From NCBI GenBank assembly GCA_964553185.1, contig CAZKJU010000002.1:1281-65280 (forward strand): a stretch of DNA of 64,000 nt. Reading direction: 5' to 3'. The position numbers and the translations under genes were made by a program. Below the pieces are notes generated by a model that worked only from the letters and a program-made list of their open reading frames with translations, searched no databases and had not been told where the DNA came from. This stretch comes from an uncultured Sulfuricurvum sp. (GTDB taxonomy: Bacteria > Campylobacterota > Campylobacteria > Campylobacterales > Sulfurimonadaceae). Shown one piece after another: positions 10,147-18,729 of this stretch (position 1 is the stretch's first letter; each line of letters opens with the position of its first letter).

Positions 10147-11803
10147 GGTGAACCTCAAATATTTTGCCGACATACGAACCGCTTAGATAATCGATCCCTC
10201 CGGATTGGAGCCACGGCAGTTGTTCGGCTGTGGAGATTGCGGGAAAAATCGCTTTCGCTCCCATCGTGTGAATGATATCGACCATTTTCGCAAAAATCGG
10301 GAAAAAATCGGGATTAGAGTCGTTTTTATTTATCAGCTCCGGATGGAATTTGACAAAATCGGGTTTGATGGTGAGGAGGGTTGAGAGATTGCATTCCCCC
10401 ATTCCAAAATCGGTCAACATAATTTTATATCCGATCTTTTGAAGTGCTGCAACAGATTCTAAAGCCATAGGGGTCTGAAGCGCTTTGATCCCCTCTGAAA
10501 TTTGAAAAAATACCTCTGCGGTGTTGATTTCATACCTCTCCTCCCAAAAATGGATAAAGTTTAGAAGCGATTCATCATTCAGATCGGATGCGCTCAGAGA
10601 GATAATAATCGTTTTTTGAGGATCAAGAGAAGATTTGAGTTCAAAAGTACGACGAATCATCGAACGGGTAATCATCCCCATCTGCCCCATTTCCGACGCC
10701 AAAGACCAAAAACTCTCCGGACCGTACACATGGTCATCTTTTCGGATTCGTACGACACTTTCATAGGCTACAATATCGAAGGTTTTGCTGTTGCATACTG
10801 GCTGAAAAAAGGGGACGATATTCTCTTCATGGAGTGCATTGAAAATCATCCTCAAAACATTGCGGCTCTTGATAAGTGCGAGATTTTCATCCTGATCGGT
10901 TAGGGTAAAGAGACTGTAGCCTCCTCCTACGACATTCAGCACTTTTTCAAGGGCTAGTTTCGAGTGCAAAAGAACGTACTCTTTTCCATACGCGATCCCG
11001 ATGCAGAGGGTTGAGTTGAGGATGATCCCTTTGTCGGAGGTATGAAAATAACGGACGGTTGAGACCAGATTGGCGGCGATATTTTGGGCGATATCGATCA
11101 TCTCCCCCTCTAAAGCCAGACAAAACTCATCGTTTGCGGTGCGGTAAAATTCTCCATTGGTGTGAAGTAAAAGAGTTTTCATGAGTGTTGAGAGTTCGGA
11201 AATATACTCGTTTGCAAAAGATTCGCCGACAAAGGTAAACATGTTGTTGAGGTGGGTGATTCGCATCCGAAGGAGTGTGATGTTCGGAGATTCGAGGGTT
11301 TGAATCTTATTGGCAAGTTCATGAAATGTTTTCCAACCGGTCAGCGGATCGATTTCAATCGGCGAAGATGATGGGATGTGATGAGGTGAGGTGAAAATTT
11401 TTTCCAGGTGTTCAAATAGTTTCGGCATTGCCAGAGGCTTGAGCAGGTACCCTTCGACATCGAGCCGGATTGCTTCGGCCATATACTCTGCCTCATCATG
11501 TGCCGAGAGGATCAAAATGCTTTGATCGGGGGATAGAGTACGAATTTGACGGATTAGACGAAGCCCCCCCATCTTCGGAAGCTCCAGATCGGTGATTACT
11601 ACGGTAAAAGGGTTCGACTTTTCTTCCCGATCACAAAAAATGGCATACGCTTCTTCTCCATCATGCGCGGTGACGCACTCTTTGAAAAAAACCCGTAAAA
11701 TGCGGCTGAGCGATTCGGAGAGATCTTTATCATCATCGACGATCAGAACACTCCGATATTCAGCCCCCTCTTTGAGTTTTTGAAGTTCGTTAGACACTCT
11801 CAC
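10136..11803 (-). CDS. REC + degenerate GGDEF + degenerate EAL protein
   Basis: Intact REC (VDDD, ITDLELP, LLKP). GGDEF site reads ANDEF. EAL reads ESVVR, with TDFGMG in place of DDFGTG and FPAI in place of AEGV. Confidence 0.87.
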   Translation of the reverse strand: MRVSNELQKLKEGAEYRSVLIVDDDKDLSESLSRILRVFFKECVTAHDGEEAYAIFCDREEKSNPFTVVITDLELPKMGGLRLIRQIRTLSPDQSILILSAHDEAEYMAEAIRLDVEGYLLKPLAMPKLFEHLEKIFTSPHHIPSSSPIEIDPLTGWKTFHELANKIQTLESPNITLLRMRITHLNNMFTFVGESFANEYISELSTLMKTLLLHTNGEFYRTANDEFCLALEGEMIDIAQNIAANLVSTVRYFHTSDKGIILNSTLCIGIAYGKEYVLLHSKLALEKVLNVVGGGYSLFTLTDQDENLALIKSRNVLRMIFNALHEENIVPFFQPVCNSKTFDIVAYESVVRIRKDDHVYGPESFWSLASEMGQMGMITRSMIRRTFELKSSLDPQKTIIISLSASDLNDESLLNFIHFWEERYEINTAEVFFQISEGIKALQTPMALESVAALQKIGYKIMLTDFGMGECNLSTLLTIKPDFVKFHPELINKNDSNPDFFPIFAKMVDIIHTMGAKAIFPAISTAEQLPWLQSGGIDYLSGSYVGKIFEVHHDR

Positions 11804-12470
11804 CCTTTTTCATGATGTATCCGAATCCTCGGACATTTTCGATCAAATCTTCTTTGAGCTTGTTTCGAACACGATTGACCAATGATCGAATCGTCGAGGG
11901 TTCTGCCTCTTCGCCGTCCCACACAAAAGAGCGGATGCTCTCATCGGTCATGATTTGTCCAAGATTGCTCACAAACATCGTAATCAAAGAGAGTTCACGA
12001 CGGGTAAACATCTGAGGCTCACCCTCATAATAGAGAAAATTGCTCTCTTTGTCAAAGGTGTAGTGTTCGCTTAAACGGATAATCGGATCGTATGCTTTTT
12101 CGGGTGTCGATTGAATCTGCGCTGTGAGATGATGGATCCGTATTTCGAGCTCTTTGAGGTTGAATGGTTTTTTGAGATAGTCGCTACAACCGTTGGAAAA
12201 GGCTTCGGAGATGTACTCTACGTCATGATAGGCGCTGATGATGATTTTGGGGGTGTTTGGGTATTTTTTGGCAATCATCTGTAGACACTCGATCCCCCCG
12301 ACAAGAGGTGTATTGATATCCAAAATATAAAAATCGTGGCTTTGGTGCTCAATGATTTCGAGAACTTCGGCTCCGTTGTCAAAATGGTCAACCAAGTATC
12401 CCCGCGCCAAGAGGTAAGTTCGAATTGAACGCGCAAGCATAAATTCGTCTTCCAACAACAAAATTTTCAC
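11790..12470 (-). CDS. OmpR/PhoB-family DNA-binding response regulator
   Basis: LLLEDE, ILDINTP, LKKPF; winged helix TIRSLVNRVRNKL...IENVRGFGY. Confidence 0.95.
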   Translation of the reverse strand: MKILLLEDEFMLARSIRTYLLARGYLVDHFDNGAEVLEIIEHQSHDFYILDINTPLVGGIECLQMIAKKYPNTPKIIISAYHDVEYISEAFSNGCSDYLKKPFNLKELEIRIHHLTAQIQSTPEKAYDPIIRLSEHYTFDKESNFLYYEGEPQMFTRRELSLITMFVSNLGQIMTDESIRSFVWDGEEAEPSTIRSLVNRVRNKLKEDLIENVRGFGYIMKKGESV

Positions 12471-13654
12471 TTAAGCGCTCCATGCGTATTTTCTAGAGAT
12501 ATTGTAGGAAAACTGTGTTGCAAGAGCGTCGCATTATTGAAAATATACCTGAAAGAAGTCCCCCGTTTTTGGGTTGAAGTGATTTCGATTCGGATATCTT
12601 CCTCTTCACAAATCTGCGCGACAATGCTCAATCCCAAGCCATATCCCCCTTTGTACTCCGACTCTCGGTGAAATCGATGAAATATCTTCTTTTTATCCTG
12701 AATGATCGGTCCTGTATTGCGAACCTCAAAAAAAAGGCTCCCTTGATGCGTACCTACGGTGATGTTGATTTCGCTGGGTCGATAAGAGTATTTGATGGCG
12801 TTGGAGAGGGTATTGTCCACCAGCCGTGCAAGTTTCATTTCGCTGAGACGAACCGGAGGGAGATTGGGTTGACCGACTCGGGTTGAGAGGGAGAGTTCAT
12901 TGACTTCGGCGATACAAGTAAAATAGCGTACCCGCTCATGGATGAAATCGACCAGATTGATCGTAGAGATATGATCATGGGTACGATCTTTTTTCATCAG
13001 ATAGGTCATATCTTCGTAGCTGTTTTGAATGATTCGCGATCCCGCTTCGATGGCATTGAGGTATTCGTTGTCTATCCCCTCCATCCGCAGCAAATCGATG
13101 TTGGTGATGATAACGGCAAGCGGAGTATGAATTTCATGAATCGCATTTTTCAAAAACTGATCTTGGTCTTCGAGAAGCTTGATGGCGTACTCTTTGGAAT
13201 CTTCGAGCTGTTGTCGGGAGGCGGCTAATGCCGAATCGTAATCGATTTGCTGCAAAAGGGTGATGATGGCATTGAAAAGATCATCTTGATGAATTGGTTT
13301 GAGTATAAAGCGATCGACCCCCAGACGAATCGATTCGATAAAAATTTCTCTCTCCTCCGTCCCTGAGATGGCGATCACTTTTTGAAGCGGATTGCTCTTT
13401 TTAACATATTGGATCAAATCGATACCGCTCTCTTTACCCAAATGGATATCGGTGATGATGATAAGAGGGTGATGGGTGTTGTGAATGAGGTTATAGGCAT
13501 CTATCGCCCCGTTTAGAGAGGAAGCGGTTTTGATGGTGGTGAAAAAATGGGAGAGTAGCCGCTCTAAGCTCCCCAAAACTTCAGGGTCGTCTTCGACAAT
13601 GAGCAACGATTTTTCGAGTGAAAGCTCTTTTAGGGTTTTAATTAAACGATCCAT
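12467..13654 (-). CDS. REC-HisKA-HATPase hybrid histidine kinase
   Basis: LIVEDD, ITDIHLG, ILKP; HEIHTPL; NTLSNAIKYS; GYGLGL. Confidence 0.92.
   Translation of the reverse strand: MDRLIKTLKELSLEKSLLIVEDDPEVLGSLERLLSHFFTTIKTASSLNGAIDAYNLIHNTHHPLIIITDIHLGKESGIDLIQYVKKSNPLQKVIAISGTEEREIFIESIRLGVDRFILKPIHQDDLFNAIITLLQQIDYDSALAASRQQLEDSKEYAIKLLEDQDQFLKNAIHEIHTPLAVIITNIDLLRMEGIDNEYLNAIEAGSRIIQNSYEDMTYLMKKDRTHDHISTINLVDFIHERVRYFTCIAEVNELSLSTRVGQPNLPPVRLSEMKLARLVDNTLSNAIKYSYRPSEINITVGTHQGSLFFEVRNTGPIIQDKKKIFHRFHRESEYKGGYGLGLSIVAQICEEEDIRIEITSTQKRGTSFRYIFNNATLLQHSFPTISLENTHGALK
12501..12533 (-). promoter_or_regulatory. Direct-repeat regulator box plus -10 (copy 2), inside the kinase 3' end and upstream of the OmpR-family gene
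   Basis: Minus strand: TGCGACG-CTCT-TGCAACA, 9 bp, TACAAT; then GGAG and the GTG start at 12470. Confidence 0.75.
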
Positions 13655-13660
13655 TGCACC

Positions 13661-13700
13661 CTCTCATGATCGAAAGATGAGAGATTATAACTCATCTTTC
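13661..13700 (-). promoter_or_regulatory. Overlapping inverted repeats around a TATAAT, between two genes
   Basis: GAAAGATGAG (13672-81) / CTCATCTTTC (13691-700) is a perfect 10-bp IR. An alternative pairing is CTCTCAT (13661-67) / ATGAGAG (13677-83). Confidence 0.45.
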
Positions 13701-15426
13701 ACAGAGTTTGTATAAAACGCATCGTATTCGAATAGGGGAGAGGCTCCCCAAATAAATAGCCTTGGGATTCATTGACCCCCATCGAAACGACAACCGATTC
13801 AATGGATGGATTGCTGACGAATTCGGCGATGGTTTTAATCTCTATTTTTTTGGCAAAAGAGGAGACCATTTCGACGATGGTTTGGGAGAGGAACGATTCA
13901 TGGATGTTATTGATCAATGAACCGTCGATTTTGATGTAATCGATGTTAAGTTTCGCCAATCGTTCAAAATTCGAATAGCCTGAACCAAAATCATCTATGG
14001 CGACTTGGCATCCGTAACTTTTCAATCGGTTGAGAAAATGATCGATGTGTTCGTAGGAACTGATCCCCTCCGATTCGAGCAATTCAAAAACGAGACGATG
14101 AGGTTCGGGGAACTCCTCGATTTGGGAAAAAAGAAAATCGCGCATATGAAAGCTTTTGATGTCTTCGAGATCGAGGTTGATGCTAACAGAACACTCTGAA
14201 TCTCTAAAATCCTTCATTGCCTGAGCAATAATGGTTTCACTGATAGAGGTATACATTTTGGTCTCTTTCGAAACCTCCAAAAAACACCCCGGATTGATCA
14301 GTGTGCCATCCGGAAGAATCAAACGTGCCAACGCTTCATATTTGACGATACTTTTGGTACGGTTATCAATGATGGGTTGATAAAACGGTACGAATCGGTT
14401 TTCAATTAACCCCCGTTTGATCATATCTTTACATTTGAGTTTTTCGGCTCTCCATTGCTCTTTTTGGGTGTTGCGAGTGAAAACAGTCACTTTTCCGTTC
14501 TGTTCAGCCTCACGCAGGGCGATATCCGCATTGGAAAGGGACAACCCCTCCTCAGCGTCGATAATCCCGATATCCATCTCTAAATAGATCATTTCGGTAT
14601 CAAGTTTGATTTCTGCCGATTCAAACATGTGAATGATATAGCGGGAAAAACGTTCCAGTTCATGGCTTTGCATATCGATCAAAAGGGCAAAGTGGGCTCC
14701 ACTGATCCGATAGAGCTTCGCTTCTTCATACCCGTGAATCATCGATTGTAAACATTGTGCGGTTTGGAGAAGAATCGAGTTTCCGGTTTCATAACCGTAA
14801 AAATCGTTCAAACTCTTGAAATCACTGATTTTAATCAGTGCAAGGGAATATGTTGGATGTTGAATGATATCTTGTTCTAATTTACCGAGAGTGTAGAGTC
14901 CGCTCACTTTGTCAATCATATACAGTTGGGTTAATTCACGGTTTTTAGACTCTATCATATCTTCTAGATGTTCTTTATAGCGGCGGTTTTCCCTCTCCAA
15001 CGAAATTTTTGAACATACTTTGATGAGGGTATCCACTGTTTGTTGCGGCTTGATCGGTTTGAAAAGATATCCGTCTATTCCCAATTCCACACTGCGTTGC
15101 AACATCGAAATCTCTTTGTGTGCAGAGAGGAGCAGTGATACCTGATGGGGTAGATGGATTTTAATAGATTCAATCATATCAAGCCCGTCCATTTTGGGCA
15201 TTTTGATATCGCTGATGATGAGATCATAGTGATCGTTAATCGCCATATTAAACCCTTCTTCACCATTGGTAGCGGTGGAGACCGAAGAGAAAAAACGTTG
15301 TAAAAAGAGCGAGAATTCCTGTCGGATCATTGAGTCATCTTCGACGTACAAAACAGAGATATCTCTTGCCATCCGAATCAAATCATTAAAATTTTCAGAA
15401 AGGTTAGTTTGAGGTTTACAAGACAC
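13699..15426 (-). CDS. REC + degenerate GGDEF + intact EAL c-di-GMP phosphodiesterase
   Basis: REC: YVEDD, ISDIKMP, FKP. GGDEF site reads SGAHF. EAL: YEALAR, FELLESE, DDFGSGYS, IKIDG, AEFV, QGY. Confidence 0.92.
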   Translation of the reverse strand: MSCKPQTNLSENFNDLIRMARDISVLYVEDDSMIRQEFSLFLQRFFSSVSTATNGEEGFNMAINDHYDLIISDIKMPKMDGLDMIESIKIHLPHQVSLLLSAHKEISMLQRSVELGIDGYLFKPIKPQQTVDTLIKVCSKISLERENRRYKEHLEDMIESKNRELTQLYMIDKVSGLYTLGKLEQDIIQHPTYSLALIKISDFKSLNDFYGYETGNSILLQTAQCLQSMIHGYEEAKLYRISGAHFALLIDMQSHELERFSRYIIHMFESAEIKLDTEMIYLEMDIGIIDAEEGLSLSNADIALREAEQNGKVTVFTRNTQKEQWRAEKLKCKDMIKRGLIENRFVPFYQPIIDNRTKSIVKYEALARLILPDGTLINPGCFLEVSKETKMYTSISETIIAQAMKDFRDSECSVSINLDLEDIKSFHMRDFLFSQIEEFPEPHRLVFELLESEGISSYEHIDHFLNRLKSYGCQVAIDDFGSGYSNFERLAKLNIDYIKIDGSLINNIHESFLSQTIVEMVSSFAKKIEIKTIAEFVSNPSIESVVVSMGVNESQGYLFGEPLPYSNTMRFIQTL

Positions 15427-17425
15427 TTAACACCTCCTCTTGAGAGATTTTTGGGATTTGGATTGCAAAGATTGTAACCTCATTATGGGAGCACACACGA
15501 ATATTCCCTTTGAGATGTTTTTCGATGATGATCGATGACATATAGAGCCCCAATCCCGTACCGTTTTTCTCCCCTTTGGTACTGAAATAGGGTTCAAAAA
15601 TACGAGGGATAATGGATTCAGGGATCCCTCCGGCATTATCTTTGATCAAAAAAAGAATATTTTCGTCTCGATCTTCACAACTGCAAACGATTGTCGCGTC
15701 ATTGATCTCATGCTCAGAAAAAGCATCTCTTGAGTTGCTGAAAATGTTGAGAAACACCTGTAAGAGTTCATTTTTATAGGTTTGCATTGAAATATTCATT
15801 TCGCCTGAAAAAATCATATTGATATTTTGATTTTCAAAACTTTTACCCATGATTGTGAGGATTTCATTTTTGATATCGTTAAAAATAAACTTCTGCGGAA
15901 GTTTATTCGGACGAAAAAAGTTTCTAAAATCATCGATTGTTTGGGATAAATAGTGAACTTGTTTATCGATAAGGGCTAAATCATCGAGCATACTATCGGC
16001 TTTGAATTCACTCATCTGAATGTTTAAAATAGCGTTATTGGTCACCATCCCGATGACGGTGATCGGTTGGCGCCACTGGTGGGCGATCATTCCGATCATT
16101 TCACCCATAATCGCCATACGCGATTGGGCGATCATGATTTCATCTTTTGCCCGGCTGTCACGGATTTGGTTTTCAATCCGTTGCTGCAAGACTCCATTGA
16201 GCGTTTGAAGTTCACTGGTGGTTTTGCTCACCAGATGTGAGAGGGCACCAAACGTGATGAGAGACCATTCGTTGGATGTGGCAGAATCACTGTTTTTTGG
16301 TGGAGGAGGTTGAATATCCGATTCGGAGAGGATCAAAAAAGACATGGTTTCATTGAACAACGTTGATTGCCCGCTCTTTTGGTCGGTGAAAAATTCTCCG
16401 TAGGTAAAAAAACCTGATACCGGTGCTATGGCATTCAGAGGTGATGTTTCCATGCCGATTGAATCTCCTAAAAAACGGCGACGTGCCATACATGAATAGA
16501 CAAAAATCGATTCGGGTGATTGGGTAAGACATGCGTTAAACGTCTCATGCGATGCTTCGAGGATGAGATTAGCATTACCGATTCCGAATTGTACTTGCGT
16601 ACCTTCGGGGATACTCCCTCCAAAGCCGAGCGATCCATCTTCGAATTCAATCAAAGGGGCACGACCGACCAGTTTTCCCTCTTTTTCAAATACAATTGGA
16701 AAAGCAACACCTACAGAAGGGAGTGTGTCGGCAATGGAATCTCCCAAATAGTCTCGATAGACATCTAGTATCGGCTTATGGTCGAGGGTATAAATACGGT
16801 TGCCTACAGAACGGGTAACGGTAAATTTCGGTCCGATCGGAAGCCAGTGAAAGGAGTACCCGTTGTTGACTCGGAGTTGATCGCCTCTCATCATCACGGC
16901 AACGGCTTTTTTATCATAGAGATTTGAACCCGAAATGACATAGGCCGATTGGAATTTTCCGTTGTCTCCCGCCATCCCTCCGGCTAGTATAACATTATGA
17001 GCGTGTTCGCTAAATCCCTGCATGAAAAGATCACCGTTTGTTTCAAAAGGGTTGCTGAACACAATGATCGCTTGAGCACCAAATCTATTCGCCTCCAAAG
17101 CAAGGTGTTTTCCAGCAGCGAAACTCTCATCCCCAAGAGTAATCATCATAGAGGAGAGCTCGGTTGATTGAAACAGGGTAAAACTGAGGATAACACTGTT
17201 GTCTTGAATGCCTGCATTGATAATTTCTCCATCGGTACTTGTTCCGATGACGTGAGCTTGAGGAAGTCTTTTGGCAAGATATTCCAGAAGTTCAGAGGTA
17301 TTTTGCAGATTGAGCATCCCGTCAAAAAACTGGATCAGCAGCGATGAAGAATCGACAATTTGATGGGTATCCAAAAATACTTCGAGCTCATCGTATCCGG
17401 TAAAAGTATGATTAAACGTTTTCAT
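15416..17425 (-). CDS. FIST-N/FIST-C (NosP-like) sensor histidine kinase, cytoplasmic
   Basis: IGTSTDGEI, LAGGMAGD, FVYSCMARR, GFFTYGE, LFNETM; H-box MIAHQWRQP; DNAGG, GTGLGL. Confidence 0.9.
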   Translation of the reverse strand: MKTFNHTFTGYDELEVFLDTHQIVDSSSLLIQFFDGMLNLQNTSELLEYLAKRLPQAHVIGTSTDGEIINAGIQDNSVILSFTLFQSTELSSMMITLGDESFAAGKHLALEANRFGAQAIIVFSNPFETNGDLFMQGFSEHAHNVILAGGMAGDNGKFQSAYVISGSNLYDKKAVAVMMRGDQLRVNNGYSFHWLPIGPKFTVTRSVGNRIYTLDHKPILDVYRDYLGDSIADTLPSVGVAFPIVFEKEGKLVGRAPLIEFEDGSLGFGGSIPEGTQVQFGIGNANLILEASHETFNACLTQSPESIFVYSCMARRRFLGDSIGMETSPLNAIAPVSGFFTYGEFFTDQKSGQSTLFNETMSFLILSESDIQPPPPKNSDSATSNEWSLITFGALSHLVSKTTSELQTLNGVLQQRIENQIRDSRAKDEIMIAQSRMAIMGEMIGMIAHQWRQPITVIGMVTNNAILNIQMSEFKADSMLDDLALIDKQVHYLSQTIDDFRNFFRPNKLPQKFIFNDIKNEILTIMGKSFENQNINMIFSGEMNISMQTYKNELLQVFLNIFSNSRDAFSEHEINDATIVCSCEDRDENILFLIKDNAGGIPESIIPRIFEPYFSTKGEKNGTGLGLYMSSIIIEKHLKGNIRVCSHNEVTIFAIQIPKISQEEVLSVL

Positions 17426-17431
17426 ACTAAC

Positions 17432-17464
17432 ACTTTAATCGTTTAATGTTGCAAAGGTGTTGCA
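17432..17464 (-). promoter_or_regulatory. Direct-repeat regulator box plus -10 (copy 3, perfect repeat)
   Basis: Minus strand: TGCAACA-CCTT-TGCAACA, 9 bp, TAAAGT, then only 6 nt to ATG 17425. Confidence 0.75.
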
Positions 17465-17583
17465 TTTTTCTCTAACATAATCATCTCTATGAACGGTGTA
17501 TACGATTGGGTTGTGTGCTATAGACTAAAAACAAGATGAAACCTGTAAGGATTGAGATAATGAACAAAGTGAACAAATCCATA

Positions 17584-18195
17584 TTAACTTTTACCCTCTT
17601 TGGCATAGCGAGCTTTGAAATTCGGGTATTTTTGGATGGCTACGGTTAACACGCCGTTGTTATCTGTCACTAATTCAGCATAGGCCAACTCATAGTGATG
17701 TTGACGATAAAGTTTTTGCACTTCCATAAGAACCATCTGACGGTTTTCAGCAGTGTTGTCTTTGCCAATCATTGGAAGGACAAAATTGCTCAAACGATTT
17801 GTCGAGAGCTTTTCATTCCCTGTGAAGAAAATTTGGTTTATTTTTCCATCCATTAGAGGTTTTTGTTTCATATCATGAACGGAACGTTCATTGAAATCGT
17901 TGTGTTTACGGATTGCAACGGAAACACTCTTGGTTTCAGGATCAAGTTTAGAAACAGTTGTGTAAGCAAGTGCATAGTTGTGGTTTCGATAGTAATTTTG
18001 GACGGTATCAGCAATTTTCTGAGCGTTTGCATCATTGAGATGACTACCGATATACTCTTTGGTAAGCTTCTGTAGGGTTTGTGTTTTGATTTTCATATTT
18101 CCGTCGAATGAAATAGTTTGAATCGTATTGATATCTTCACCGAATAAAGAGGTCGCAAGGAGTAAAGATAGAAAGAGGGATGTTTTAGAAAGCAT
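17584..18195 (-). CDS. Exported protein with two tandem POTRA_2 (ShlB/FhaC-type) domains and no beta-barrel
   Basis: Signal peptide MLSKTSLFLSLLLATSLFG. Two repeats: I..I.F.GN.K..T..L......IG ... VQ..YR.H.Y.LAY. Confidence 0.8.
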   Translation of the reverse strand: MLSKTSLFLSLLLATSLFGEDINTIQTISFDGNMKIKTQTLQKLTKEYIGSHLNDANAQKIADTVQNYYRNHNYALAYTTVSKLDPETKSVSVAIRKHNDFNERSVHDMKQKPLMDGKINQIFFTGNEKLSTNRLSNFVLPMIGKDNTAENRQMVLMEVQKLYRQHHYELAYAELVTDNNGVLTVAIQKYPNFKARYAKEGKS

Positions 18196-18224
18196 CGGTT
18201 GTCCTGATGTAAAAATAAAATGGC

Positions 18225-18257
18225 ATCATAATTCGATAGCGTTGCAAATATGTTGCA
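18225..18257 (-). promoter_or_regulatory. Direct-repeat regulator box plus -10 (copy 4)
   Basis: Minus strand: TGCAACA-TATT-TGCAACG, 9 bp, TATGAT; upstream of the POTRA gene. Confidence 0.78.
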
Positions 18258-18301
18258 TTTGTGTCAGGGAAGAAAAAACGGTTGGGGGATTGAACGAATC
18301 A

Positions 18302-18321
18302 GAGACTATCGAAATAGTCTC
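18302..18321. terminator. Perfect 8-bp hairpin, possible terminator
   Basis: GAGACTAT-CGAA-ATAGTCTC. There is no clean U-tract, so strand and function are uncertain. Confidence 0.4.
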
Positions 18322-18528
18322 GGTATTTTAATTTATCGAAAAAGCGGACCACTTTGCGGAGTTTCTCTTTCTCACTCATGATTGTTGAAGCGAGGAGCTT
18401 GTGATTATAGCAATAACCCCTCTACCGTGGGGCTAATACCTCCATCCCTCAATTCCGGCACCTTTAGCATTGGATTGGGCTATGATATCGTCCACCAGTT
18501 GATCAAGTAAGTATATAGGGGAATTTCA

Positions 18529-18729
18529 CTATTTATAGCTAACCATTTGCTGTTTGATTTGTTGTTGGAGTGCATCCATTTTTTGGAAACATTCAGCTAG
18601 TTTTTGAGAAATCTCAATCGAAGGGTTCGCTTTTGATTTATTCAACAGTTCATCCATTTCTTTGAGTAGAGATTGTACCAACGTATCGATCTCTTCAGGG
18701 GTATGTGATTGCTTATTGGGTGAGGTCAT
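18529..18729 (-). CDS. Small helical/coiled-coil hypothetical protein (66 aa)
   Basis: 4-nt overlap with the upstream REC gene; amphipathic heptad pattern. Confidence 0.6.
   Translation of the reverse strand: MTSPNKQSHTPEEIDTLVQSLLKEMDELLNKSKANPSIEISQKLAECFQKMDALQQQIKQQMVSYK

Noticed and set aside
18433-18531. In-frame continuation (NSPIYLLDQLVDDIIAQ...) after the 66-aa ORF as stop readthrough
   Set aside because: Two consecutive stops (TAG TGA), no recoding signal and no recognisable domain.
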